Source: Octopus sinensis (taxonomy: Eukaryota). Taken from it: a DNA stretch of 64,000 bases. The stretch's first letter is position 1. The number at the start of each line of letters is the position of its first letter. The stretch spans positions 14,818,001 through 14,882,000 of the forward strand of contig NC_043007.1 in the NCBI RefSeq assembly GCF_006345805.1. Direction: 5' to 3'. Positions 11,742-24,381 of this stretch are shown here, one piece after another. The translations under genes were made by a program, and so were the position numbers. A model generated the notes under the pieces. The model did no database searches. It had not been told where the DNA came from and saw only the letters and a list, made by a program, of their open reading frames with translations.

Positions 11742-13829
11742 TGTATGTATGTATGTATATTCACTGCATGATGGCCTTTGTTGACTGGTGCAGTTGATGT
11801 TGCAATTTAGCTAAATTAAATCACAACACCAACTGCATTGACTAAATTAGCCAAATTAAGGTGACGAGCTGGCAGGATCGTTAACACACTGTGTAAAATA
11901 CTTAATAACATTTTGTCCATCTTTACATCCTGAATTCAAATTCTACCAAAGTCGACTTTAGTTCAACCTATGCCAGCATGTGGAGGCACATGGCCTAGTG
12001 GTTAGAGCAGCGGACTCGCGGTTGAGGGATCGTGGGTTTGAATCTCAGACCGGGCGATGTGTGTGTTTATGAGTGAAACACTTAAGCTCCATGTCACTCC
12101 GGCAGAAGGTAATGGCGAACCTCTGCTGACTCTTTCGCCACAACTTTCTCTCACTCTTTCCTCCTGCATGAGGGTAATGATGAAACTCTCAGAGTTCTTC
12201 CAGTTTCTATGCTGTTATCTCTTTCATTCAAAATTCTTGCATTTAACTAAGTGGATAATTCTTATCATCTTTTTTGGTGCGTAGATTATCCATTACACTG
12301 TACATGGAGGTGTGTGGAAATTGTGGTTTCGATTCCTGAATCGGGTAATAATGCGTTGTGTTCTTCAGCAAAATACCTCATTTCACATTGCTTCAGTCCA
12401 CTTGGCTGACAAAAGTGTGTAATCCTGAAATTTTGGGGGAATGGGGGGGGGGAGTTGATTAGCTTGAACCCATTATGCAACTGGTACTTAATTTATCGAC
12501 CCCAAAAGGATGGAAGGCAAAGTTGACCTCGGTGGAATTTGAACTCAAAACTTAAAGACAGACGAAATACCACTAAGCATTTCGTGCATTAATGTTTCTT
12601 ATTTCTTTGTTGCCCACAAGGGGCTAAACAGACAAAGGGGTTAAGTCGATTACATCAACCCCAGTGCAAAAGTGGTACTTAATTTATCCACCCCGAAAGG
12701 ACGAAAGACAAAGTCGACCTTGGTGGAATTTGAACTCAGAACGTAATGGCAAACGAAATACCTATTTCTTTACTACATACAAGGGGCTACACACAGAGGG
12801 GACAAACAAGGACAGACAAACGGATTAAATCGATTACATCGACCCCAGTACATAACTGGTACTTAATTTATTGACCGAGAAAGGATGAAAGGCAAAGTCG
12901 ACTTCAGCGGAATTTGAACTCAGAATGTAACAGCAGACGAAATACCACTAAGCATTTCGCCCGGCATGCTAACGTTTCTGCCAGCTCACTCCCTTTTAAA
13001 CTGCCATTTTAATGATTGCAAAATGAACTTTAAGAATGCAAAACATATATTCCTGCATCACATAATCTTTAAAGCCTCCCAACCACCAAAATACATTTGG
13101 TCCCTCCAGTCTGTGACCGATAGTTTTCACAACTAATTTTGCAGAATCCTCAATGAAAATGGTTCTGTAAAAATGATCATCAGAACATAAATGCCAAATA
13201 ATTTACTGTCCATTTTGGTCCCAGTTCCACCATACCTCTCCCCTTCGCTCACATACACACACATACATGCGCACACGCAAACACACATGCAAACACACAC
13301 ACATGCATACTTTGAAATTCACTCCTCTTTCTTTCTCTTCTTTTACTTGTTTCCAGTCATTTGACTGTGGCCATGCTGGAGCACCGCCTTTAGTTGAGCA
13401 AATTGACTCCAGAACTTATTAACTGTAAGCGTAGTACTTATTCCATCAGTCTCTTTTGCTGAACCACTAAGTTATGGGGATGTAAATACACCAACATTGG
13501 TTGTCAAGCGATGGTGGAGGAACAAACAGACTCATAAACACGCATACATATATATACACACACACACATACATACACACATACACACACATGTATATACA
13601 CATACACATATTTATATATCTATATGACAGGCTTCTTTCAGTTTCCATCTACCAAATCCACTCACAAGGCTTTGGTTGGCTTGAGGCTATATAGTAGAAG
13701 ACACTTGCCCAAGGTGCCACGCAGTGTGACTGAACCCAGAACCATGTGGTTGGTAAGTAAGCTACTTTACCACACAGCCATACCAGCACCTCTGTCACTC
13801 ATTCCTCTATCTCCACCTTATATGTTCAA

Positions 13830-14130
13830 CTAGCAGTATCGCCCGGCGTTGCTCAGGTTTGTAAGGGAAATAACTATATAAGCATTTTTAGAGAGTTACT
13901 TCCCTTATATAAACCGAGCAAAAAATGCATTAAAAATGGGAAAAAATGATGGTAAATTTTTTTTTAAATTGTAGACTCATCGTAGACCCGCACTAATACC
14001 CAGAAGGGCTCGATATGAATCACGACTATAAGATACCCGCTTTTGGTTACACTGCACCGCAAAATGTGGGAGTAGTTAAGAATCTAAATCGTAGGAGACA
14101 GACACACAACCTCACTTTTATATATAAAGA
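13830..14130 (-). mobile_element. Same Helitron family, shorter copy
   Basis: Reverse complement of the 373-771 family, same termini. Confidence 0.85.
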
Positions 14131-14239
14131 TTACAAAGTATGAACACCTCTCTTGTTACTTCAGATCAACAAAAATGACGGATTTCTTCAATTTTAGACT
14201 GAATTTCTAATTCTAATTTTCTAACCTGTTTTATTTCAG

Positions 14240-14450
14240 GAAATTTTAAAGCAGATCTCAGTGTATATTTAAAAGATAATTTTAAAGACAAAGTGAACCT
14301 ATTTCGTAACAGCAAGAAAGAAGGTTTGATTCGTTCGAAGACAATCGGTGCTAAATATGCATCTGGAGATATCCTAGTATTTATGGATGCTCATTGTGAA
14401 TGTGGTCGGAACTGGTTGGTACCAATTTTAGCCCTGCTAGCACATAACAG
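14240..14450 (+). CDS. GALNT7: GALNT7-like exon with DxH motif (...EGLIRSKTIGAKYASGDILVFMDAHCECGRNWLVP...)
   Basis: tttcag/gtaatg; 211 nt, phase 1 to 2; DAH at 14386-14394. Confidence 0.95.
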
Positions 14451-14759
14451 GTAATGTTATTTATTGTTCAAAAAATGTTTCAAGAAAAATAATTCCATGA
14501 AAAACAACAAAATTTGTTGTGTCTGGGGAGAGTAATTTTTTTTTTTTGTGCTTTATAATGTAACACACTCATCAGTAAAATTTCCACTTATTTCTTATTT
14601 TTATTTTCCTAAAATTTTTTTGTGTCTTGGCAACCTTTTCAATAGTCTTGACTCTATTGTCAGATTTTAGGAAAATAAAAATAAGAAATAAGTGGAAATT
14701 TTACCAGTGAATGTGTTACATTGTAAGGCACAAAAAGAAAATTACTCTCTCCAGACATA

Positions 14760-15010
14760 CACAAGCATGGAACAAACTGCCGGCATCAGTTGTTAATTGT
14801 TGGAACACTGCATCCTTCAAAACTTCCATGCTTCCTGAGATTCGCCAACACTACACCTGATTTTCTCCCCTCCATACACACGCAAGCATGTATCTGACTC
14901 ATACATTGTTCGCTTTCCAGAGATTTGTACATTACTGCATATACTTTATACGCAATTTTTGACAAGTTGTGATGCACCTGGGCACTGTATACAATAATTT
15001 CATTATTATT
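14760..15010 (+). mobile_element. CR1-like LINE 3' end
   Basis: Matches the 3' part of the 34720-35180 copy. Confidence 0.65.
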
Positions 15011-16458
15011 TTTTTATATTTAGAATATGCTTCAACACACGAACTCATATAAAAAATCTTGTAAACCAAATCCAAAAACAAAAAACAAGGTTGTTTACTT
15101 ACAAATCTTTGGCTCCCATTTAAAGGGTTTTTTATGATATTGAAGAGGGTTGCTTTTGCAGATTTAAAACTTATAGAATCAGAGGGGACCATTCAAGAGT
15201 CATCAAGAATTCCTCCATATGGCTGCTTAGCCTGCAAGAAATAGCAGTAAATACTTCCTCAAATTAAATATTTTCCTTTCTTAATAAAGAAAATATAAAC
15301 TACATCTAACACATGTTAGATATAGATCTTATATGCTAAAGCTGAAAGCAAACAAAAAAAAAAGAAGGTTGATTGAGGCTGGAACGCGGCTGATTACAGG
15401 TGTGTTTGATCAAACAGGCCAACTGATAGAGTCACTAGAACTTTAGATTGAATGCTTTGCAATATTCAGTCCAACCCTGGCAGAAACGTTAGCATGCTGT
15501 GCAAAATGCTTAGTGGTATTTCGTCTGCTGTTACATTCTAGGTTCAAATTCCGCCGAGGTCGACTTCACCTTTCATCCTTTTGGGGTCAATAAATTAAGT
15601 ACCAGTTATGCACTGGGGTCGATGTAATCGACTTAATCTCTTTGCCTGTCCTTGTTTGTCCCCTCTATGTTTAGCTCCTTGTGGGCAATAAAAAAATAAG
15701 AAACGTTAGCTGGTAAAAATGTTAGCATACCAAGCGAAATGCGTAGTGGTATTTCATCTGTCTTTCACTTTCTGAGTTCAAATTCCGCTGAGGTCGACTT
15801 TGTTTTTCATCCTTTTGGGGGTCAATAAATTAAGTACCAGTTGCTTACTCGGGTCAATCTAATCGACTGCCTCTCCCCTCCCCCCAAATTTCGGGCCTTG
15901 TGCCTAGAGTAGAAAAGATTATTCAGTTCAACCATTTACACTGTGAATTCAAATCCTGCTGAGGTCAATGGTGCGTTTCGTCCTTTTGAGGTTGATAAAT
16001 TAAATATCTGTCAAGTACTTAGGTTGATTCTTCTTTTCTCCTGCCACACCATCTCCCTCCCTCTTCCTCCCTCTCCCCACCTCTCTCTTCAGAAGAAATT
16101 GACTGTGTTCAAATCTGGAAAGGGACAAGCACCAGCAGGTTTAAGGTGCTCAAGACATACTCATGTCATGATGGTGCACCTACAATTCTGTTCGGGGCCA
16201 TCAAGGGCTCCTACCCACACCTCTCACCGTCTACTCAATCGAAACTGACATGGGGGTCAGCAACAACCAACAACATGGAGATAAACATAAAGACTGCTTC
16301 ACCTTGATGGAAATACAAAATGGCAGTGATGTACAATCTTGATTTTTCTAAGTGACAGAGTAGAAATAACCTTGGCACATTTAGCCAAGTCTGTTATGAT
16401 TGAACAGTGGTTCCTAGCTTGCATGGAAGTGCCCTCTTGTGGGTATTGATAGCTCATA

Positions 16459-16691
16459 GAGGTGGCGAGCTGGCAGAATCGTTAGCACGCCGGGCGAAAT
16501 GATTAGCAGTATTTCGTCTGCCGCTACGTTCTGAGTTCAAATTCCGCCGAGGTCGACTTTGCCTTTCATCCTTTCGGGGTCGATTAAATAAGTACCAGTT
16601 ATGCACTGGGGTCGATGTAATCGACTTAATACCTATGTCTGTCCTTGTTTGTCCCCTCTATGTTTAGCCCCTTGTGGGTAATAAAGAAATA
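16459..16691 (+). mobile_element. tRNA-derived SINE family A with 17-bp TSD (family present in dozens of copies)
   Basis: ggtattgatagctcata on both sides; B-box-like gagttcaaattcc. Confidence 0.85.
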
Positions 16692-17307
16692 GGTATTGAT
16701 AGCTCATAAGCTGGAAGTAAATATCAAGAGGGTTCTATGAAAATGATGGGTGTTTAGAAGGATGATGATTTTTCTTACACCAAATAGGATCTTGTTTTGT
16801 CTTCTTGTCTCCATTCTCTTACTTGATGAGGCTGGGGTCAATCCAAGTTAGTGGTCCCAGAGGTGTCATCACACATAAAGTTGGACAGGTCCATCAATGC
16901 TCTTCCTCACTGGTGGTCCCGTGCCAGCCCCTCTGCATCGTCCTAGGTGATATTGAGCCTCTGGAGATCTTTCCCAATCATGTCCAGCCATCTGGTGCAG
17001 GGCTTGCCACAAGGCCACTTCCAGCATGCAACTGCTGTGTTGAATGAGAGTAAAACCCTGGTGGGATGATCTAGTGGGAGACTTATAATTTAAATATCAT
17101 CATCATCATCGTTTCAGTCATTTGACTGCAGCCATGCTGGAGCACCGCCTTTTTGTCGAGCAAATTGACCCTGGGATTTATTCTTTGTAAGCCCAGTACT
17201 TATTCTATCGGTCTCTTTTGCCGAACCGCTAAGTGACGGGGACATAAACACAGCAGCATCAGTTGTCAAGCAATGCTAGGGAGACAAACAAAGACACACA
17301 AACGCAT

Positions 17308-17353
<46 letters not shown>

Positions 17354-17629
17354 TATATAATATATATATATATATACATATATACAACAGGCTTCTTTCA
17401 GTTTCCGTCTACCAAATCCACTCACAAGGCATTGGTTGGCCTGGGGCTATAGCAGAAGACACTTGCCCAAGATGCCACGCAGTAGGACTGAACCCGGAAC
17501 CATGTGGTTGGTTAGCAAGCTACTTACCACACAGCCACTCCTGCGCCTATTGTCCTGGGTTGGACAATTAATAATAATAACATTGAAAAATACCTTAGCA
17601 ATGAGAACCCAGGTTCGAAATTTCCCCAA

Positions 17630-17675
17630 GACACCTGATGAAGGCTGGAGGGTATATCAGACGAAACGTTGTGTT
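17630..17675 (+). ncRNA. Minimal type I hammerhead ribozyme-like motif
   Basis: gacac-CUGAUGA-a-ggcug/caga(c)c-GAAA-cgu-u-guguu; stem I and palindromic ACGU stem III. Confidence 0.65.
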
Positions 17676-17773
17676 AACAACAAACAAGATGAGGACAAAT
17701 ATCTGTCAAATGTAAATAATGTAAATAATGTATTGTGATTTTATGTAATAATTTTCTTGTTATTTCTTTGCAG

Positions 17774-17947
17774 AACCATCGTGGCATCTCCAGTCACTAA
17801 TGTAATTGACTGGGAAACTTTTGCTTACAAGACAACTTTTAGAGAGAAACATCATCATGGTATTTTTGAATGGGGGTTTCTTTATAAAGAGAGCAAAGTG
17901 CCAGATATGGAGCTGACGAGCAGAAAGTACAATAGTGAACCCTATCG
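17774..17947 (+). CDS. GALNT7: GALNT7-like exon (TIVASPVTNVIDWETFAY...HGIFEWGFLYKESKVP...NSEPYR)
   Basis: ttgcag/gtaac; phase 2 to 2; GIFEWGxLYKE...NSEPYR matches invertebrate pgant7. Confidence 0.95.
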
Positions 17948-18128
17948 GTAACAACTTTTTTCAAATAACTATTTATTCTCGATTTGATAATAGCCCTCAG
18001 TTAAAACCGTCCAACCCATGCTTGCATGGAAAACGGACGTTAAATGATGATGATGATGTTTCCTAAAATAAGCATGAAGTCACATATCTTTGGCAATCTA
18101 TGTTTTAGTGATTAACTGGTACTTATTT

Positions 18129-18541
18129 GGGATCTTTTCGGTTTGAATGGCACTTTTTTCTAGCGGTATCATATGAAATTGTCACCCATAATTATGACCC
18201 TAGTATCGATCTATTGCATTTCAATCTGTTTTAGGGTTGGGGTGGGGGGAAGGGTATCTTTTTTTCCTTCACAAATGTAAATAAACCCAGTCTGTTTCTC
18301 AAACGAGGGACATATTCATACGGCACAGAATGTTTTTTACTTCAATAGACGTCAGTAATTGGTTGAAATTGCAGAAATTGAAGAAAAAAAACAACAAATA
18401 TCTTACAAACTATAGAATTTTCTCAATAAAGCCAGGAGAAAAAGATGTTTTATAAACACATTCTACCAGTATACGAAGTTGAAAATTTTTTAGTTACCTA
18501 GAAATTATGTTAAAAACTTCTGTTCAAACTGAAAAGATTTG
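18129..18541 (+). mobile_element. Monomeric relative of the 8869-9687 foldback
   Basis: Starts gggatcttttc, ends gaaaagat; body equals one arm of the foldback. Confidence 0.75.
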
Positions 18542-20844
18542 AAATTTGATCCAGTTCCAGACAAATGAAAGACCAACTTGGCTTTGGCTGAGCGAGGTCG
18601 TTGCCAGTGCCGCTGGACTGGCTCCTGTGCAGGTGGCACATAAAAAGCACCATTTGAGTGTGGCCGTTGCCAGTACCACCTGACTGGCCCTCACGCCAGT
18701 GGCACGTAAAAGCACACACTACACTCTCAGAGTGGTTAGCGTTAAGAAGGGCATTGAGCTATAGAAACTCCGCCAGATCAGATTGGAATTTGGTGCAGCC
18801 ATCTGGTTCGCCAGACCTCAGTCAAATTGTCCAACCCATGCCAGCATGGAAAGCGAACATTAAACGATGATGATTATGATGATGATGATGATGATGATGA
18901 ACTCAAAATGTAAAGAAAGCTGGAACATATTTTCCAACACATTTTGCTCATTGTATAAATGATTCTACTAATCCACTGCCCTTAATATAATAATCCTTTC
19001 TACTAAAGGCACAAAGCCTGGAATTTGTTGGGAGGAGCATAGTTGATTATATTGACCCCAATACTTGACTGGTACTTAATTTATTGAACCCGAAAGGATG
19101 AAAAGCAAAGTCAACCTCAGCAGAATTTGAACTCAGAATGTATCCGGTAGATGAAATACTGCCAAGCATTTCACCCGGCGTGCTAACGAACTGCCCTTAA
19201 TAATAATGGTTTCAAATTTTTGCACAGGGTCAACAATTTTTGCAGAGAGTGGGATGTCAATTACTCAAAAAGAATGAAAGGTGAGGTTAACCTGAGAAAA
19301 ATTTGAGCTCAAGGCATACAGATGGACAAAATGCCGCTAAGCTTTTATTTGAGTGTGGTAATGATCCTGCCAGTTCGTTGTCTTAATAACAATAATGGCT
19401 TCAAATTTTGGCACAAGGCCAGCAATTCTGGGGGAGGGGTCAAGTTGATTACAATTTTGCCTTACATCCTTTTGGGGTTGATAAATTAAGTACCACTTAT
19501 GCACTGGGGTCGATATAATCGACTTAATCCCTTTGTCTGTCCTTGTTTGTCCTCTCTGTGTTTAGCCCCTTGTGGGTAGTAAAGAAATAGGTATTTCGTC
19601 TGCAGCTACGTTCTGAATTCAAATTATGCTGAGGTTGACTTTGCCTTTCATTCTTTCAGGGTGGATAAATAAGTACCAGTTACGCACTGGGGTTGATGTA
19701 ATCGACTTAATCCTTTTGTCTGTCCTTGTTTGTCCTCTCTGTGTTTAGCCCCTTGTGGGTAGTAAAGAAATAGGTACTTCGTCTGCTGCTACGTTCTGAG
19801 TTCAAATTACGCTGAGGTTGACTTTGCCTTTCATCCTTTCAGGGTTGATTAAATAAGTACCAGTTACGCACTGGGGTCGATGTAATCGACTTAATCCCTT
19901 TGTCCATCCTTGTTTGTCCCCTCTATGTTTAGCCCCTTGTGGGTAGTAAAGAAATAAGAAACTACACTACTGCAGTATTCAGCATGGAAGAAGGTTGCAT
20001 AATAACATGTGATCACATGACCGACTTAACTATTGGATGTTGTTAAACATCACTGGTCACAATGCACTTTGCATCATCATAGCTTTTGAATGATGCCACC
20101 CTGCTGGCTAGGCAAGCAGGCCAATATTTATACCCCCTAGCTGTAAGGCTTCTCCATTGTAGGATTTCCCATTTACAGCTGAATGGACTGGAGCAACTTG
20201 AAATGAAGTGTCTTGCTCAAGAGCACGTTGTGCTCTTTGTCCAGAAATCATACCCATGACCTAGTGACCATGAGTGCAAAGCCCCAACTACAAGGCTGTG
20301 AACCTTCACATAATAACCCAAGAAAAATCATTTTTGCTGGGGCCATATCTGAGGCCGGTTTTTTTTTTTTTTTTTTTTTTTTTACTAATTTCAGAGTGCT
20401 GAACCTTAAAACCATATATATTTTATCTTTTTGTTAAGAAGGAAGGACAGTAACCATGGCTTTTTACCTCTTCCCCTTCATACCTATTTCTTTACTACCC
20501 ACAAGGGGCTAAACACAGAGGAGACAAACAAGGACAGATAGACGGATTAAGTCGATTATATCGACCCCAGTGTGTAACTGGTACTTAATTTATCCACCCT
20601 GAAAGGATGAAAGGCAAAGTCGACCTCGACAGAATTTGAACTCAGAACGTAATGGCAGGCGAAATACCGCTAAGCATTTCGCCCGTCATGCTAACGTTTC
20701 TGCCAAAACCCCACCTTTTCATACCACCACCACCACCACCACTGCCGTTTTTTTCTCCCCTTTCCTTATCCTTGCTGTTTTAATATCTGCTGTTGATAAT
20801 GTCTTTTTTTCTTGATGTAAATCTTGTTGTTTATTGCTGTCCAG

Positions 20845-20962
20845 TTCTCCAACCCTTGCTGGTGGCTTGTTTGCTATAGACGGCAAATATTTCTTTGAAC
20901 TTGGAGGTTTTGATCCAGGACTTCAGTCACAGGGAGGAGAGAATTTTGAATTATCTTTCAAG
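20845..20962 (+). CDS. GALNT7: GALNT7-like exon, Gal/GalNAc-T motif ([39 protein letters not shown])
   Basis: gtccag/gtaagt; phase 2 to 0. Confidence 0.95.
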
Positions 20963-20992
20963 GTAAGTATTTCTATCAGAAACAAACACACT

Positions 20993-21009
<17 letters not shown>

Positions 21010-21027
<18 letters not shown>

Positions 21028-22270
21028 CATACATACATGGTGGCTGCCCCCTCGTTATCGAGTATGGCCATTGCGCGAAGCTTAATCAATGTTGTTATCG
21101 TGCAATGCCTGTGCAAGAAGATTTCTTTTAAAGTGAGGAAAGGCTGTGCACTGAGTCAATCCCACTCACTAAGCAACACCAGCCATAATCCGAAAAGAAG
21201 AACAAGTCAACATCATCGTAACCACTGAGCCGCAGGTCTTATGTCGGAGTTATCCCAGTTACCTGAGTTACCTTCTCCTAGAAGGATGCCCTAACAAAGG
21301 CTAGGAGTCCTTCACTCCCAATGGTATAACCGCGCGATCGGGTATTCAGTCTGATTATTTCTATGTCCCCGCGCATGATACATACATACATACATACATA
21401 CATATAAATATATATATATCATCAACATCATCATCCTCATCATCATCATCGTTTAACATCCGTTTTCCATGGTAGCATGGGTTGGACGGTTCGACTCAGG
21501 TCTGGGAAGTCAGGAGGCTGTGCTAGGTTCCAGTGTGATCTGGCAGTGTTTCTACAGCTGGATGCCCTTCCTAACGCCAACCACTCCATGAGTGTAGTGG
21601 GTGCTTTTTACGTGCCACCACCACAGGGCCCATATATAATATATATATATATATATATATACATACATACATACATGGTGGCTGCCCCCTCGTTATCGAG
21701 TATGGCCATTGCGCGAAGCTTAATCAATGTTGTTATCGTGCAATGCCTGTGCAAGAAGATTTCTTTTAAAGTGAGGAAAGGCTGTGCACTGAGTCAATCC
21801 CACTCACTAAGCAACACCAGCCATAATCCGAAAAGAAGAACAAGTCAACATCATCGGTAACCACTGAGCCGCAGGTCTTATGTCGGAGTTATCCCAGTTA
21901 CCTGAGTTACCTTCTCCTAGAAGGATGCCCTAACAAAGGCTAGGAGTCCTTCACTCCCAATGGTTTAACCGCGCGATCGGGTATTCAGTCTGATTATTTC
22001 TATGTCCCCGCGCATGATACATACATACATACATACATACATATAAATATATATATATCATCAACATCATCATCCTCATCATCATCATCGTTTAACATCC
22101 GTTTTCCATGGTAGCATGGGTTGGACGGTTCGACTCAGGTCTGGGAAGTCAGGAGGCTGTGCTAGGTTCCAGTGTGATCTGGCAGTGTTTCTACAGCTGG
22201 ATGCCCTTCCTAACGCCAACCACTCCATGAGTGTAGTGGGTGCTTTTTACGTGCCACCACCACAGGGCCC

Positions 22271-22290
<20 letters not shown>
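21010..22290. repeat. Near-identical tandem duplication, about 638-bp unit
   Basis: The two copies differ by one SNP and one 1-nt indel outside microsatellites. Confidence 0.9.
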
Positions 22291-22301
<11 letters not shown>

Positions 22302-22344
22302 GAATAAAAAAATTGTTAACAAGGTAAAAATACACTCATCTATT

Positions 22345-22392
<48 letters not shown>

Positions 22393-23646
22393 TGTATGTA
22401 TGTATGTATTATAAGGAGAATAGAGAGTTATAAATATTTTCATCCATTCGATATAGAACAATATAGAATTTTAACAATATAAAAAAAGAAAAATGGAGAG
22501 TTTTAACACAGAAAAAAAATCAATTTATTTATATAATAGTCAATTTCCTAGGTATTTCCTAGGTATTTATCAATTTCTTACCTTCATTCATGTTTTTGCG
22601 ATTAAGATTGCATTATGCATTCATAAGGTAAAAATCTTTTCAGGGCAAAAATTTACAAATATTCATTCACATCCTAATTGATGGAGAGTTACTTGTCGGC
22701 AAACAACTCTCCTTCCATGAGGATGTGAATGGATATTTGTAAATTTTTTGCCCAGAAGAGATTTTTACTTTATAAATACATAATGCAATCTTAATTGCAA
22801 AAACATGAATGAAGGTAAGAAAGGATGAAAGGCAAAGTAGACCTCGGCGGAATTTGAAATCAGAACGTAATGGCAGACGAAAGTTGAGTTCAAATTTCGC
22901 CGACGTCAACTTTGCCTTTCATCCTTTCGGGGTCGATTAAATAAGTACCAGTTATGCACTGGGGTAGCTATAATCGACTTAATCTGTTTGTCTGTCCTTG
23001 TTTGTCCCCTCTGTGTTTAGCCCCTTGTGGGTAGTAAAGAAATTGGTATGGTTATCCAACTTCTTTAAAGGACAGTCACTCCAAATAAGGACTGACTTGG
23101 CCTATGACAGCCTATCCAATCGTGGCTAGCATGGAAAGCAGGTGTGAAATGAGTTTGTTAATGCTGCTGCTGCTGCTTTGTTTGTTTGTTTGTTGAACAA
23201 AGCGGTCTTCGTCCCATTAGTGGGGGAAGTCCGAAACGTGGTCCTTTGCTATTTGTAAGACCCGCAGAAGAGAAAGCAGGTCAACCCCCTAACACCGAGA
23301 GCATCGACGGATGGATGAATGCGCATCCAGGCTCAGCAGTTGCGTAGAAAGTCGGGGACAAGAAACAAGAAGAAAGAGTGAGAGAAATTTGAAGTGAAAG
23401 AGTACAACAGTGGTCGCCACCCACCCACCCCTGCTGGAGCCTCGTGGAGCTTTAGGTGTTTTCGCTCAATAAACACACACAACGCCCAGTCTGGGAATCA
23501 AAACCATGATCTTCCGAACGCTGCTGATGATGATGATGAGATGATGACGACGATGATGATGATTACGAGGATGATGATGATGATGATGATGATATATAAA
23601 ATGCATGGTTATCTAAAATCGATTGTATCCTTGTTTTCTTTTCCAG

Positions 23647-23717
23647 ATATGGCAGTGTGGAGGCAGCATAAAGTGGGTCCCATGTTCCCATGTTGGATAC
23701 GTCCGTCAAACGCCCAT
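23647..23717 (+). CDS. GALNT7: GALNT7-like exon (IWQCGGSIKWVPCSHVGYVRQTPM); 3' boundary uncertain (23717 or 23761)
   Basis: ttccag acceptor, phase 0; IWQCGGSIxWVPCS is diagnostic; only weak donors are available. Confidence 0.85.
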
Positions 23718-24158
23718 GTTTTTAGACACCGTCCAAAATCTCAGTGATCTTGCTTTGGTTTGTATCTGTTATTGTAGATAAACATTACTATTTAGTACCA
23801 GTGAAAAACTGGGGTTAATTTGATCAGCTATAATGTCCCCCCCCTTCTATACCAGTGACAATGGTAGAAACTAATATTTGAAGACTGTGCAGTAAACTGC
23901 ATATTTAATTTATAGACATCAATTTCTAATTGTTCAAGAATAACATTTATTTATCATGTTGGTTTCATTGACCTCAGAGGACCTTCAAAGACCATAAGCT
24001 AATCTTTTAGTAGTGGGTGATCTTTAGAAGCAGATGAGTTTTTCTAATTCCGTTTAGAAGGTGATTACTGGTTGCTATAGTTGATAGCTGGTAACGAAAT
24101 TTGAGCTCTCTTTGTTATTCTCACAATGAATTTAAAAACAAAGAATTTGAGACATTAA

Positions 24159-24381
24159 CCCTTTCGTTACTGTATTTATTTTGAGATGATCTGTGTTTCT
24201 CCCAATTATTTTAAATATAACAAAGAATTTAGTAAAATAACTTAGTTATATCATTATGCTAGTGTTAGGAACAGTATTTGTGACTAAGGTTTGGTGGAAG
24301 ATGTAAATTAAAAACTTATAAAAACAAGACATTTGTACTACAGAGCCAGAGCCAGTTTCAGCCGGGTTGGTAACGAAAGGG
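24159..24381. mobile_element. piggyBac-like MITE (family 2)
   Basis: TIR ccctttcgttac/gtaacgaaaggg; TTAA TSD. Confidence 0.8.

Noticed and set aside
16091-16136. Strong polypyrimidine tract plus AG followed by a possible 46-nt cassette exon
   Set aside because: Weak donor, and the length would shift the GALNT frame.
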